Virus record (IMG/VR): IMGVR_UViG_3300032295_004079
Location: 32,001 to 96,000 of that record
Length of the DNA stretch: 64,000 bases
Reading direction: 5' to 3' (one strand)
Origin: a virus
Taxonomy: Duplodnaviria > Caudoviricetes
Program-made: the position numbers and the translations under genes
Notes under the pieces: model-generated
Databases searched by the model: none
The model's input: only the letters and a program-made list of their open reading frames with translations
Told to the model about the DNA's origin: nothing
Shown here: in pieces, positions 25,798-35,268 of the stretch
Numbering within the stretch: position 1 is the stretch's first letter
How the letters are laid out: each line of letters starts with the position of its first letter

Positions 25798-27500
25798 GTT
25801 ATAAAAAATGTTATGCTACTCGATTAGGTGGAAATAAATATAAAATTCACCTATGGGATGAAGCTGGTTATGATGAGATTGAGTGGTCTAATGCAGCTTA
25901 TCAAGAATGTGATGAAAGTGAATCCGAATTTAGGGGCTTGAATTATGAGCCCCTAAAACGGGTTTACAAATGGGATAAAAATACTACCCATTTGCATTTT
26001 CATGACATGAAACCTCACCAAAAATTTCTTATTGAAAGATATAAGACAGACGATACTCCATCCAAAGGACATAGAGAACTATTTTTCGATATAGAGTGCG
26101 AAATTGGAGGTGCTTTAACTGAAGAATACATTGAAAAGGCTCCTATGCCTATTACCTCTATAGCGTATTGGGATAAAACACCAAACAAATGGGTGATTTT
26201 AATTTTGGATAAACAAAGCCAACTACAACCCTTTAAATCCGAAGATAAAGAAATTATTCCTATTGCTACCGAAAGGCAATTGCTTACTAAATTTATTGAA
26301 CATTTTAGATCAATTGACCCAGACATACTAATAGGATATAACAGTGATTTCTTTGATATTCCTTACCTATACTACCGAATGTGTAATGTTTTAGGTAGTG
26401 AAGTAGCTAGTTATTTGTCTCCAATTAACCAAATAACATGCAAAAAAGGTAATGACTATTGGTATGTTGAAAACCAGTACGTTCAAATTGTAGGAGTTGA
26501 ATCTTTAGACTATATGCGCTTGCATAAAAAATATAGTTGGAAAGATGAGCCATCCTGGAAACTAGATGCTATTGGAGAAAAATATGCAGGGTTAAATAAA
26601 ATTGAATTTGATGGAAATTTGGATCAATTATTTGCCACTGACATTCACAAGTTTATAGAATATAACTTTCGTGACGTTGAAATTCTTAAAGCGTTAGATG
26701 AAAAACTCCAATACATTGGTTTAACAAAAAACTTGGCTCATAAAGGAAAACACAACTACAGTGAAGTATACCAAAACAGTGTAACTCAAGATGGAGCAAT
26801 TTCAGCTTATTTATTAGGAAATGGTATTATCCCACCTCGTAGAGATCCAAATCCACAAAGTAAAAAGGGATATGCTGGTGGATATTTGTTCTGCCCTAAA
26901 GCAGGTTTGTACAAGTATATGTTTGATGAAGATTTAACTTCACTATATCCTTCAATTATTATATCTTTAAACATTGGTAAAGAAACATATACTGGAAGAA
27001 TTTTAGATGCTGATGATAGAAACAATAGATTAGGTCTTGGAGATCTAAAGCAAATGGATCCAAACGAAACAGTACTGGTTGAAAATCCTAAAGGTAAGCA
27101 AGCTCGAGTAGAGATAGAAAAACTTATTAACATTATAGAAACCCAAAAATGGACTATTTCAGCTAATGGTTCTATGTTCAATACCAACCGTGAATCTACT
27201 TTAGCAACTATATTGAAAAAGTGGTTCCAAGAACGAGTTGACTATAAAAACTTGATGAAAAAAGCATACAAATCAGGAGATAAAGAAAAAGGTGAATATT
27301 ATCATTTGATGCAATACACAATGAAAATTCTACTTAACTCACTCTATGGTGCTACTGCTTTACCTTCATTTAGATATGGAATGAGCTTTTCTATCTTAAG
27401 TGAAGCTATTACATTGAGTGGATGGAGAATTATTCAAGAATCTGCTTTAGCAGCAAATCGTCACATGAACAAGGTAATTAAAGGGCAAATAACGCTATGA
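25794..27500 (+). CDS. Family B DNA polymerase, N-terminal part (3'-5' exonuclease, motifs A and B)
   Basis: FDIECE, GYNSDFFDIPY, YNFRDV, DLTSLYPSII, KILLNSLYG. Confidence 0.92.
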   Translation: MSYKKCYATRLGGNKYKIHLWDEAGYDEIEWSNAAYQECDESESEFRGLNYEPLKRVYKWDKNTTHLHFHDMKPHQKFLIERYKTDDTPSKGHRELFFDIECEIGGALTEEYIEKAPMPITSIAYWDKTPNKWVILILDKQSQLQPFKSEDKEIIPIATERQLLTKFIEHFRSIDPDILIGYNSDFFDIPYLYYRMCNVLGSEVASYLSPINQITCKKGNDYWYVENQYVQIVGVESLDYMRLHKKYSWKDEPSWKLDAIGEKYAGLNKIEFDGNLDQLFATDIHKFIEYNFRDVEILKALDEKLQYIGLTKNLAHKGKHNYSEVYQNSVTQDGAISAYLLGNGIIPPRRDPNPQSKKGYAGGYLFCPKAGLYKYMFDEDLTSLYPSIIISLNIGKETYTGRILDADDRNNRLGLGDLKQMDPNETVLVENPKGKQARVEIEKLINIIETQKWTISANGSMFNTNRESTLATILKKWFQERVDYKNLMKKAYKSGDKEKGEYYHLMQYTMKILLNSLYGATALPSFRYGMSFSILSEAITLSGWRIIQESALAANRHMNKVIKGQITL

Positions 27501-28456
27501 AACATTTAGAGGAAACACCTTGGTTTGTTTGTGATGAAGGAGATACTAACTTTTGTGCCTACATTGACACCGATTCTAATTACTTTAATGCTGAACCACT
27601 TCTAAAATATCTGTACCCTGATTTTGAATCTTTTGATGATAGCAAAAAAGATGAAATACTAGAGGAAATAGCACTTAAATATCAAAATATTATAACTGAA
27701 CATTATAATGTTTTAGCTAAAGAATGTTTTAATGTACCTGACTTTATTGGAGAGGAAGAACATAAACACCGTTTAGAAATGAAAACTGAGTGCGTTATCC
27801 GCTCAGCTTATTTTAGAGCCACAAGACGATACGCTCAGTGGATTACTAAAAAGGAAGGTATTACTAAAGAGGAACTAGACATTAAAGGTCTAGAGTTTAT
27901 GAAAGCTAATTTCCCTCCTATCTTTGGAGAGTTCTTTAATAGCATATTAGAACAAGTACTAAAAGGTGCACAACATAAAGATATTTTAGATCAAATTAAA
28001 ACCTTTAAAAAGCAGGTACTTAACGGAGAAATACCTATTAATAAACTAGGTAACCCTACTTCAGTTAAAAAGCTAGAAAAATACACAACCAAAAAACCTA
28101 GAGCAGGGGAAGTATTTACGCAAATAGAAAAAGGAGCACCTGCTCCTGTTCGAGCCGCAACGCGATACAATGACTTATTAAGATTATGGGGTTTAGATAA
28201 AAAACACAATTTAATAACCATGTCTGATAAAGTTAAATGGATCTATCTAAAAGATAATTCATACAAAATAGAGGCTCTAGCATTTCTAGATTATGATATG
28301 CCAGATAAAATTAAACAATTCCTTGATGCTTACGCTGATAAGCAACAAGTGTTTGATAGCATCCTGTTAAATAAACTTGAAGGTTTCTTTTCTGACTTAG
28401 GGTGGTCTTTAGATTTGAATCCCCATCTAAATTCATTATCTTCATTTGAAATTTAA
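27497..28456 (+). CDS. Family B DNA polymerase, C-terminal part (motif C, thumb)
   Basis: YIDTDS, RRYA, IKGLE; ATGA overlap with the N-terminal part. Confidence 0.9.
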   Translation: MKHLEETPWFVCDEGDTNFCAYIDTDSNYFNAEPLLKYLYPDFESFDDSKKDEILEEIALKYQNIITEHYNVLAKECFNVPDFIGEEEHKHRLEMKTECVIRSAYFRATRRYAQWITKKEGITKEELDIKGLEFMKANFPPIFGEFFNSILEQVLKGAQHKDILDQIKTFKKQVLNGEIPINKLGNPTSVKKLEKYTTKKPRAGEVFTQIEKGAPAPVRAATRYNDLLRLWGLDKKHNLITMSDKVKWIYLKDNSYKIEALAFLDYDMPDKIKQFLDAYADKQQVFDSILLNKLEGFFSDLGWSLDLNPHLNSLSSFEI

Positions 28457-28461
28457 AATAT

Positions 28462-29187
28462 ATGATACACAAAAATAAGTTACTAAGTTTTATCTCTAAG
28501 TATTATCTTAATGGTTTAAATAACCAAGTCAAATGGAGAATTAAGGACAGTAAACTAATAGTTTACGGAGGAACAGCAGGTAGAGTTTGTAAGGTTGAAC
28601 TAGACAATTTTCCACTAGAGGATGGAGAACTAGGGATATTTGATACCCACAAACTAAGTAAGTTAGTTTCAATCACTAGTGGTGAATTAATGATTTTAAC
28701 TGAAAAAATTAAATCTATATTTACTAAACTACACCTTCAGGATGCAAATTTTAATTTAACGTATTCTTTAGCTGATGTTTTAATCTTAGGAAAAAACACT
28801 TACTATAATGATCCTGAAAAGTGGATTGTAGAAATTGATTTGGCAACTGAAGATGTTGATAATTTAATTAAAGCTAAAAATGCGTTAGCTGATGTAGATA
28901 ACATGTTAATTGCCACTAACAAGGATTTGGATGGCAATTATACGTGTGAATTTATCTTTGGAGATAACACGGGATTCTCAAATAAAATCACGTATCAAAT
29001 TACGTTAGGTTCAAACCCAATTGAAGAATTTCAAATCCCATTTGATTCAAATGTTTTAAGAGATATTTTATCTGCTAACAAAGATCAAGACAGATGTACA
29101 CTAAAGTTATCTCCTGAAGGTATTTTAAAACTAAACTTCTATTCAGATGATCTAAACAGTGAATACTTTGTAGCAAGAAACGAGTAG
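28462..29187 (+). CDS. Sliding clamp (T4 gp45/PCNA-like)
   Basis: 241 aa; GIFDT..L motif and C-terminal YFVA; located between the polymerase and the clamp loader. Confidence 0.7.
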   Translation: MIHKNKLLSFISKYYLNGLNNQVKWRIKDSKLIVYGGTAGRVCKVELDNFPLEDGELGIFDTHKLSKLVSITSGELMILTEKIKSIFTKLHLQDANFNLTYSLADVLILGKNTYYNDPEKWIVEIDLATEDVDNLIKAKNALADVDNMLIATNKDLDGNYTCEFIFGDNTGFSNKITYQITLGSNPIEEFQIPFDSNVLRDILSANKDQDRCTLKLSPEGILKLNFYSDDLNSEYFVARNE

Positions 29188-29197
29188 GCACTATATG

Positions 29198-29222
29198 TAT
29201 AATAAAGTAATACAGCTGGAGC
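29198..29222 (+). repeat. Left arm of 24-bp inverted repeat flanking hsp20
   Basis: TATAATAAAGTAATAC(A)GCTGGAGC is the reverse complement of 29697-29720 apart from one extra A. Confidence 0.85.
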
Positions 29223-29277
29223 GTATTAAATTTATGTTAAACCGAGGATCCTAGGACCTCACAAACCCGTATATCTT

Positions 29278-29685
29278 ATGAGTACTTTATTTAATGAATT
29301 CGACATCCTATTTCACAACTTCTTCCACCCATCGAGTGGATTTCTCTCTGCCTCAACGGCAAAACAACCCCACCCTTTAAATATCTTTTATACCGAAGAC
29401 AAACTTCATTTTGAAGTTGCGTGCACCGGTCTTGCAAAAGAAGATGTAAACGTGAATATCGAAGACGATATTCTCAAAATCAGTTACAAGAAACCAGAAG
29501 AAGAAGAAACACTTCATCCTGGTACAATTTACAGAGGCTTAGCAAAACGTTCATTCGATCTAGGCTATAAAATCTCAGCAAAATATGATTTAAGTAAAGC
29601 AGAAGCCAAACTTGAAAATGGCTTGCTTGAGATTTCTATCCCAGTATCTGAAAAAGCTAAGTCAAAAGTTTTAAAGATAAAGTAA
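29278..29685 (+). CDS. Small heat-shock protein (Hsp20/IbpA family)
   Basis: HPLNI, EVACTG, IYRGLAKRSF, AKLENGLLEISIP. Confidence 0.92.
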   Translation: MSTLFNEFDILFHNFFHPSSGFLSASTAKQPHPLNIFYTEDKLHFEVACTGLAKEDVNVNIEDDILKISYKKPEEEETLHPGTIYRGLAKRSFDLGYKISAKYDLSKAEAKLENGLLEISIPVSEKAKSKVLKIK

Positions 29686-29696
29686 AAAACCCCTTT

Positions 29697-29720
29697 GCTC
29701 CAGCGTATTACTTTATTATA
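29697..29720 (-). repeat. Right arm of inverted repeat, overlapping promoter TTTG(29694)-N19-TAtaTTTA(29717-24)
   Basis: GCTCCAGCGTATTACTTTATTATA. Confidence 0.85.
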
Positions 29721-29748
29721 TTTAGGTTATATCTAAAAATAAGTTATA

Positions 29749-30066
29749 ATGATTCGAAAACGAAAAACAAATCAAACTCTTACGGATTCAAAACTAGATC
29801 CCTTTTTTATTACTGTAGACGACTATTGTTTTACAATAAAAGAAAAAGTAACTCCAGATACTACCCACTTTAAATCAAATGGTGGAACTAAAGTATATGA
29901 ACGATCTTTATTCTATTATCCTAGCTTAGATACAGCTTTAGTTAAAATCTCTGAATTAAAGGCAGGTATGGGGGATTTTAATTCTCTGGATGAATATTTA
30001 AAAAATTATGAAACTATTAAAAACGAAATAAAAGAATACACACATGAACTTAGAAGCATTATTTGA
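29749..30066 (+). CDS. Hypothetical protein
   Basis: 105-aa ORF. Confidence 0.65.
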   Translation: MIRKRKTNQTLTDSKLDPFFITVDDYCFTIKEKVTPDTTHFKSNGGTKVYERSLFYYPSLDTALVKISELKAGMGDFNSLDEYLKNYETIKNEIKEYTHELRSII

Positions 30067-30340
30067 TGCCGTTATAGTTAAACCACAGGAAACTGAGGAA
30101 ACTACATTTGGAAACATCATTGTACCAGATTTGGGTAAAGAAAAAAACGAAACTGCTATTGTTGTAGCTGCAGGACCAGGTAAGTATTCAGTTACAGGTA
30201 ATTTTATCCCTAGCACTGTAAAAGTGGGAGATATAGTAGTATTGCCTACTATGGGATTTACAAAATTCCCATTTGATAACGAAGAATATTATGTAGGACC
30301 AGAAAGTCAAATTTTAGCAAGAATTAAAACTGAAGGATAA
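30044..30340 (+). CDS. groES: Co-chaperonin GroES
   Basis: LFDAVIVKP, GNIIVPD, VAAGPG, VKVGDIV, ESQILA. Confidence 0.92.
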   Translation: MNLEALFDAVIVKPQETEETTFGNIIVPDLGKEKNETAIVVAAGPGKYSVTGNFIPSTVKVGDIVVLPTMGFTKFPFDNEEYYVGPESQILARIKTEG

Positions 30341-31950
30341 TGGGAAAAGAAATAAATTTTGGAAACACAGCTCGTACCGAGCTAATGAAAGGAATTGATA
30401 TTTTAGCGGATGCGGTTGTAACTACTTTAGGTCCTAACGGACGAAATGTTGTAATTGCTAACAATGGTATTCCACAATCTACTAAAGATGGTGTTACTGT
30501 AGCTAAATCTATTACTCTTAAAAATGCTACTCAAGAAGTAGGTGTACAACTAGTTAAACAGGCTGCTATTAAAACCGCAGAAAAAGCAGGAGACGGTACA
30601 ACTACCTCTACTCTTTTAGCTAGAGAAATGGTTAGAGCAGGTTTGCAAGCTCTAAACAATGGAGAAAACGCTGTTGAAATCAAAAGAGAAATTGATAAAG
30701 CAGTTGACGCTATCGTAAAAAACCTAAGAGAAAATATCTCCGAAGATATTTCCTCTGAAGAACAACTAGAACAAATTGCTACTATTTCCTCTAACAACGA
30801 TCCTGAAACCGGAAAATTGATTGCAACCGCAATTGAAAAAGTAGGTATGGAAGGAGTAGTTCATATTGAAGAATCTAGAACTGGAGAAACATATCTTGAA
30901 ACTGTAGAAGGTATGCAGTTTGACAGAGGATACAAATCTCCATATTTTGTAACCAACAACAATAACATGACTGCAGTTTTGGAAAATGCTGTAGTGTTGA
31001 TTGCAGATCAAAAATTTACACAAGTAAAAGAATTGTTACCTATTCTAGAGGCAGTATCTTCACAAGGTAAATCACTTTTGATTATTGCAGAAGATGTGGA
31101 TGGTGAAGCGTTAGCTACTCTCATTGTAAACAAAATGAGAGGTATCATGAAAGTATGTGCTGTTAAAGCACCTGACTTTGGAGACAGAAGAAAATTAATT
31201 TTAGAAGACATTGCAGTTACAACTGGTGGTCAAGTATTCTCTAAAGAAAAAGGAATGAAACTTGAGAAATTTAGTTGGGACTGGTTCGGAGAAGCAAGAA
31301 CAATAACTATAGATAAAGAAACAACCACAATTGTCGATGGAAAAGGAAGAACTGAATCAATTGAAGCACGTATTGAAGAGCTACAACAACAAATCAACAA
31401 AGCACAAACCCCGTTTGAAATTGAAAAACTCCAAGAAAGACTGGCAAAGTTCGTCGGAGGAGTAGCTATCATTCACGTAGGTGGAGCTACTGAAACAGAA
31501 ATGAAGGAACTTAAGGATAGGGTAGATGATGCACTACACGCAACAAAAGCCGCTATTGAAGAAGGTATTGTACCAGGTGGTGGAGCTGCCCTATGGTATG
31601 CACGAGAAGCTCTCATGTACCCTAGTACAACAGGAGCAAAAATCGTTTACAAAGCATGTGGTAAACCATTTGAGCAAATTCTAGTAAATGCTGGATTCAG
31701 TTCAACTGAAGCCCAAATGGTAGGTTTACAACTTGATCCTTCTAACACCTGGTTAGGCTATAACATTAAGGAAGAAAAATGTGTAGACATGAAAGAAGCA
31801 GGTATCATCGATCCTACTAAAGTAACTAGAACAGCTCTACAAAACGCAGCTTCAGTTGCGGGTACTATTCTCTTAACTGAATGTACAGTTGTAGATGAAC
31901 CAGAAGAAGAAAAATCAAACCATATGGACCCTATGATGGGCATGATGTAA
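30340..31950 (+). CDS. groEL: Chaperonin GroEL
   Basis: TLGPNGRNV, AGDGTTT, EGMQFDRGY, KAPDFGDRRK, Met-rich tail. Confidence 0.97.
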   Translation: MGKEINFGNTARTELMKGIDILADAVVTTLGPNGRNVVIANNGIPQSTKDGVTVAKSITLKNATQEVGVQLVKQAAIKTAEKAGDGTTTSTLLAREMVRAGLQALNNGENAVEIKREIDKAVDAIVKNLRENISEDISSEEQLEQIATISSNNDPETGKLIATAIEKVGMEGVVHIEESRTGETYLETVEGMQFDRGYKSPYFVTNNNNMTAVLENAVVLIADQKFTQVKELLPILEAVSSQGKSLLIIAEDVDGEALATLIVNKMRGIMKVCAVKAPDFGDRRKLILEDIAVTTGGQVFSKEKGMKLEKFSWDWFGEARTITIDKETTTIVDGKGRTESIEARIEELQQQINKAQTPFEIEKLQERLAKFVGGVAIIHVGGATETEMKELKDRVDDALHATKAAIEEGIVPGGGAALWYAREALMYPSTTGAKIVYKACGKPFEQILVNAGFSSTEAQMVGLQLDPSNTWLGYNIKEEKCVDMKEAGIIDPTKVTRTALQNAASVAGTILLTECTVVDEPEEEKSNHMDPMMGMM

Positions 31951-31953
31951 GTT

Positions 31954-32217
31954 ATGGAAAAAAAGGTTGTTGAAAAAAACATCAGAATCGCTCGGAGAAT
32001 ACCTCCGGGCGATAGATGGAAACTAGAAATAGAGGAAGGTAAGGAAAAAATCCATGGTTCTTTAACTGAAGCTTTAGAAGCATATATGGTACTAACTGGC
32101 TTTAGAGGTGAATATAGACTTGCCCCTATGAAAAGTGAGTTGTATATTATACAAAGTGAAGAACAAGAAATAAAACCTGTACCTGAAAAGAAATACTCTA
32201 TTTATGGCGAATACTAA
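31954..32217 (+). CDS. Hypothetical protein
   Basis: 87-aa ORF. Confidence 0.65.
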   Translation: MEKKVVEKNIRIARRIPPGDRWKLEIEEGKEKIHGSLTEALEAYMVLTGFRGEYRLAPMKSELYIIQSEEQEIKPVPEKKYSIYGEY

Positions 32218-33145
32218 AGAACATAGTTTATTTGTAGAAAAATATCGTCCTTCCAAACTAGAAAATTATGTGGGTAATGAGCATCTCAAATCCACAATTT
32301 CTAAATACCTGGAACAAAACGATATTCAAAATCTTATATTTTATGGTCAAGCAGGAGGTGGTAAAACAACCTTAGCTAAATTAATCGTTCAAAATCTTAA
32401 TTGCGATTACCTGTATATCAATGCTTCAGATGAAAGAGGTATTGAAACTATACGAGATAAAGTATCAGGATTTGCAAGTGTTGCTTCTTTTAAACCATTA
32501 AAAGTGGTTATATTGGATGAGGCAGATTTCTTAACCATTAATGCTCAAGCCTCACTTCGCAATGTAATTGAAACATTCTCTCGTACTACACGTTTTATAA
32601 TGACTTGTAACTTTGTAGAGCGTATTATAGATCCTCTACAATCAAGATGTCAGGTAATTAAAATTGTACCTCCATCTAAAGGTGAAGTAGCTGCTCATAT
32701 TGCAGGCATTATGGAAAAAGAGGGGGTTTCATTTGAACGTGAAGATCTAAAAACTATTGTAAACCAATTTTATCCTGATTTACGTAAATGTCTTAATACT
32801 ATTCAGTTATCGATTGCACATGATAAAGTAAAAGGTGAAGACGATAAATGGCTTAGAATAGATAAATCAATACTTGTATCTTCTAACTACATAGATAAAG
32901 TAATTGATGAATTAAAAAAACCAAAACCATATTTTAACAACATTCGACAAACGATTGCGGATTCAAATGTGGAAGATTTTGATGAATTATTTAGAGCATT
33001 ATACGAAAAAGCTTCCGAATATTTACCTAATAAGGAAGGGACAGTAGCCATGCTAGTAAATGATCATCAATACAAAGCTAATTTTCGTATTGATAAGGAA
33101 ATTAACGTTATGAGTTTAATACAAAATCTAATAAACAACAAATAA
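32204..33145 (+). CDS. Clamp loader AAA+ subunit (RFC/T4 gp44-like)
   Basis: VEKYRP, GQAGGGKTT, NASDERG, ILDEAD, LQSRC. Confidence 0.92.
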   Translation: MANTKEHSLFVEKYRPSKLENYVGNEHLKSTISKYLEQNDIQNLIFYGQAGGGKTTLAKLIVQNLNCDYLYINASDERGIETIRDKVSGFASVASFKPLKVVILDEADFLTINAQASLRNVIETFSRTTRFIMTCNFVERIIDPLQSRCQVIKIVPPSKGEVAAHIAGIMEKEGVSFEREDLKTIVNQFYPDLRKCLNTIQLSIAHDKVKGEDDKWLRIDKSILVSSNYIDKVIDELKKPKPYFNNIRQTIADSNVEDFDELFRALYEKASEYLPNKEGTVAMLVNDHQYKANFRIDKEINVMSLIQNLINNK

Positions 33146-33147
33146 AA

Positions 33148-33384
33148 ATGGAACAACCACAACTTAACATTGACCTAAAAAACACCACAGGAATTCAAAA
33201 TTCTGAAGGTGGGAGTGTATTTCAACAAGGTCTTATCCTAAGAAAGATCTCTAAATTTATTGCAGGTACACCTGAAGATGCAATTCTTCCAATCCCTGTA
33301 TTTTATGATCCTCATACATTCAAAATCTTTGGAGAAGCACTACCAAAAGAATTGCGTGAAGAACTTAAAGACGAAAGCATTTAA
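33148..33384 (+). CDS. Hypothetical protein
   Basis: 78-aa ORF within the replication operon. Confidence 0.65.
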   Translation: MEQPQLNIDLKNTTGIQNSEGGSVFQQGLILRKISKFIAGTPEDAILPIPVFYDPHTFKIFGEALPKELREELKDESI

Positions 33385-33797
33385 TGAAAAACGTTTTTGA
33401 TTGGTTAAAGGAAATCAATTCTACAAAATCCCATCCTGATACATTTACCAATCAGGATTGGGATATTTGGAATTCTTACATGGTACATCGATTCCTAAGT
33501 ATGAATCCAGATTATATAGAATTGGTAAATGAAGTTCAAACATTACCCCCATCCAACAAAAAACAAATATATTCAATTTATAGAGAATATATTCCTAAAA
33601 ACAACAAATGGTCTAAATATGTTAAATCTAGCAGTAAAGAATTTGATAAAGATCTAGTCTTACAGCTAAAAAAACACTTTAATGTTTCTATTCGAGAAAT
33701 AAAAGACTATTTAAAGATTTTAGATAAAAAAGAAGTACAAAGTATTTTAAATAAACAAGGTTTAGAAGAAAAAGAAATTAAAAAATTATTAAAATGA
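33384..33797 (+). CDS. Clamp loader small subunit (T4 gp62-like)
   Basis: FDWLKEINSTK...YMVHRFLSM pattern; near the gp44-like gene. Confidence 0.7.
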   Translation: MKNVFDWLKEINSTKSHPDTFTNQDWDIWNSYMVHRFLSMNPDYIELVNEVQTLPPSNKKQIYSIYREYIPKNNKWSKYVKSSSKEFDKDLVLQLKKHFNVSIREIKDYLKILDKKEVQSILNKQGLEEKEIKKLLK

Positions 33798-34021
33798 AAC
33801 CAGAATTGTACGACATGCTCTTTACCCAAGCGATGGCCGAAAGAAGCAAAGCAATGTTAACTCTTAATCTATTATCTGAACATCCTGCGGGTATTGGAGA
33901 CCATTCAACTAAAGATTTCTATAATAACGCTGAAGAAGCTCTAGCTATGCTAGTGGATGCAGATGATAAAATTGAAGCATTGCAAAAATATTTTAAATCT
34001 AAATCTAAATCTATAATCTAA
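33794..34021 (+). CDS. Hypothetical protein
   Basis: PAGIGDHS motif; 75 aa. Confidence 0.65.
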   Translation: MKPELYDMLFTQAMAERSKAMLTLNLLSEHPAGIGDHSTKDFYNNAEEALAMLVDADDKIEALQKYFKSKSKSII

Positions 34022-34257
34022 TGAGCGATTCTATAACTGCTTACCACGATAGAGAAAGAGATAGACAGGACAAATATGTTCAGTCTGTAAAAGAAAAATT
34101 TGAACAGCGTTCACAAACTGGAATTAAAAAATATAATACTACTCTAGAAAGAGAAGATCTAGATTTCCTAGACTGGTTAAATCACCTCCAGGAAGAACTA
34201 ATGGATGCTACTTTGTACATAGAAAAACTAAAAGATTTTGCCCAAAAAACTACCTAA
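34021..34257 (+). CDS. Hypothetical protein, possibly a MazG-like helical fold
   Basis: GIKKYNTTL...HLQEELMDATLY. Confidence 0.55.
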   Translation: MSDSITAYHDRERDRQDKYVQSVKEKFEQRSQTGIKKYNTTLEREDLDFLDWLNHLQEELMDATLYIEKLKDFAQKTT

Positions 34258-35206
34258 AATAGTTAAAGAAATTCAAAAAGCTACTCCACCACCTGTGAAC
34301 TATGCTTACCAAAAAGGAATTTCTTTCTCTCAACTAACCATATTCAACAACTGTCCTCACAGATGGAAACTGCAGTATAAGGATAGAATTAAGGTATTTA
34401 CTTCCTCTATCCATACTGTATTTGGTACCGCAATGCACGAGGCTATCCAAAAATATTTGGATGTAATGTATGCTAGCAGTGGGGCTGAAGCCGATAGACT
34501 AGACCTAGTAGAAATATTTCAGGAAAAGTTTGTTGGAGAATATAAAGCTCAATACACATCAAACAATAAACAACATTTTTCCTCAGCAGAGGAAATGAGA
34601 GAGTTTTTTGATGATGGAGTAGAAATCTTAAACTGGTTAAAGAAAAAACGAAACAAGTACTTCTCTAGAAAAGGATGGTACCTAGTAGGTTGTGAGATAC
34701 CTATCGTAATTCAGCCAAATAAAATGTATAATAACGTATTATACAATGGATTTTTAGATGTTGTGATGTACCACGAACCAACTAATACATTTAAAATTCT
34801 CGACATAAAAACAAGTACTAGTGGATGGAGAGATAAGGAAAAGAAGGACGAAAACAAGCAATTCCAGCTAATACTATACAAACATTTCTTTTCAGAACAA
34901 TACAATGTCCCTATTGACAACATTGAAGTAGAATTCTTTATTGTTAAACGGAAAGTAATGGATTGGGACGATGAGAAAATTTTATCTCCACATCAAGCTT
35001 ACAGAGTGCAAACATTTGTTCCGGCTAGTGGGAAAATCAAAATAACTAAGGCTAAAGAAGCTTTAAATAATTTTATAAAAAAATGTTTTAATACCTCTGG
35101 AGAAATAAGGGAAGAAGAATATCCAAAAGTTGTAAGTAAATGGAATTGTTTGTATTGTCCTTTTAAAGAAGATAAGGATAATTGCGGAGAAGGCATTATT
35201 TTCTAA
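34238..35206 (+). CDS. PD-(D/E)XK nuclease (RecB/Cas4-like)
   Basis: ISFSQL...CP, GTAMHE, GFLDV, ILDIKT, QLILY, C-terminal CLYCPF...C. Confidence 0.85.
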   Translation: MPKKLPKIVKEIQKATPPPVNYAYQKGISFSQLTIFNNCPHRWKLQYKDRIKVFTSSIHTVFGTAMHEAIQKYLDVMYASSGAEADRLDLVEIFQEKFVGEYKAQYTSNNKQHFSSAEEMREFFDDGVEILNWLKKKRNKYFSRKGWYLVGCEIPIVIQPNKMYNNVLYNGFLDVVMYHEPTNTFKILDIKTSTSGWRDKEKKDENKQFQLILYKHFFSEQYNVPIDNIEVEFFIVKRKVMDWDDEKILSPHQAYRVQTFVPASGKIKITKAKEALNNFIKKCFNTSGEIREEEYPKVVSKWNCLYCPFKEDKDNCGEGIIF

Positions 35207-35268
35207 TCTTTAGTATATATTTATAATATATAAGTATATTAATATTCACTAAAACAATTATTTAAATT

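Noticed and set aside
27480-27520. Intron or intein interrupting the polymerase
   Set aside because: The two ORFs overlap by 4 nt, leaving no intervening sequence; no intein motifs.
34238-35206. CRISPR-Cas system suggested by the Cas4-like nuclease
   Set aside because: No repeat-spacer array or other cas genes were seen; solo PD-(D/E)XK nucleases are common in phage replication clusters.
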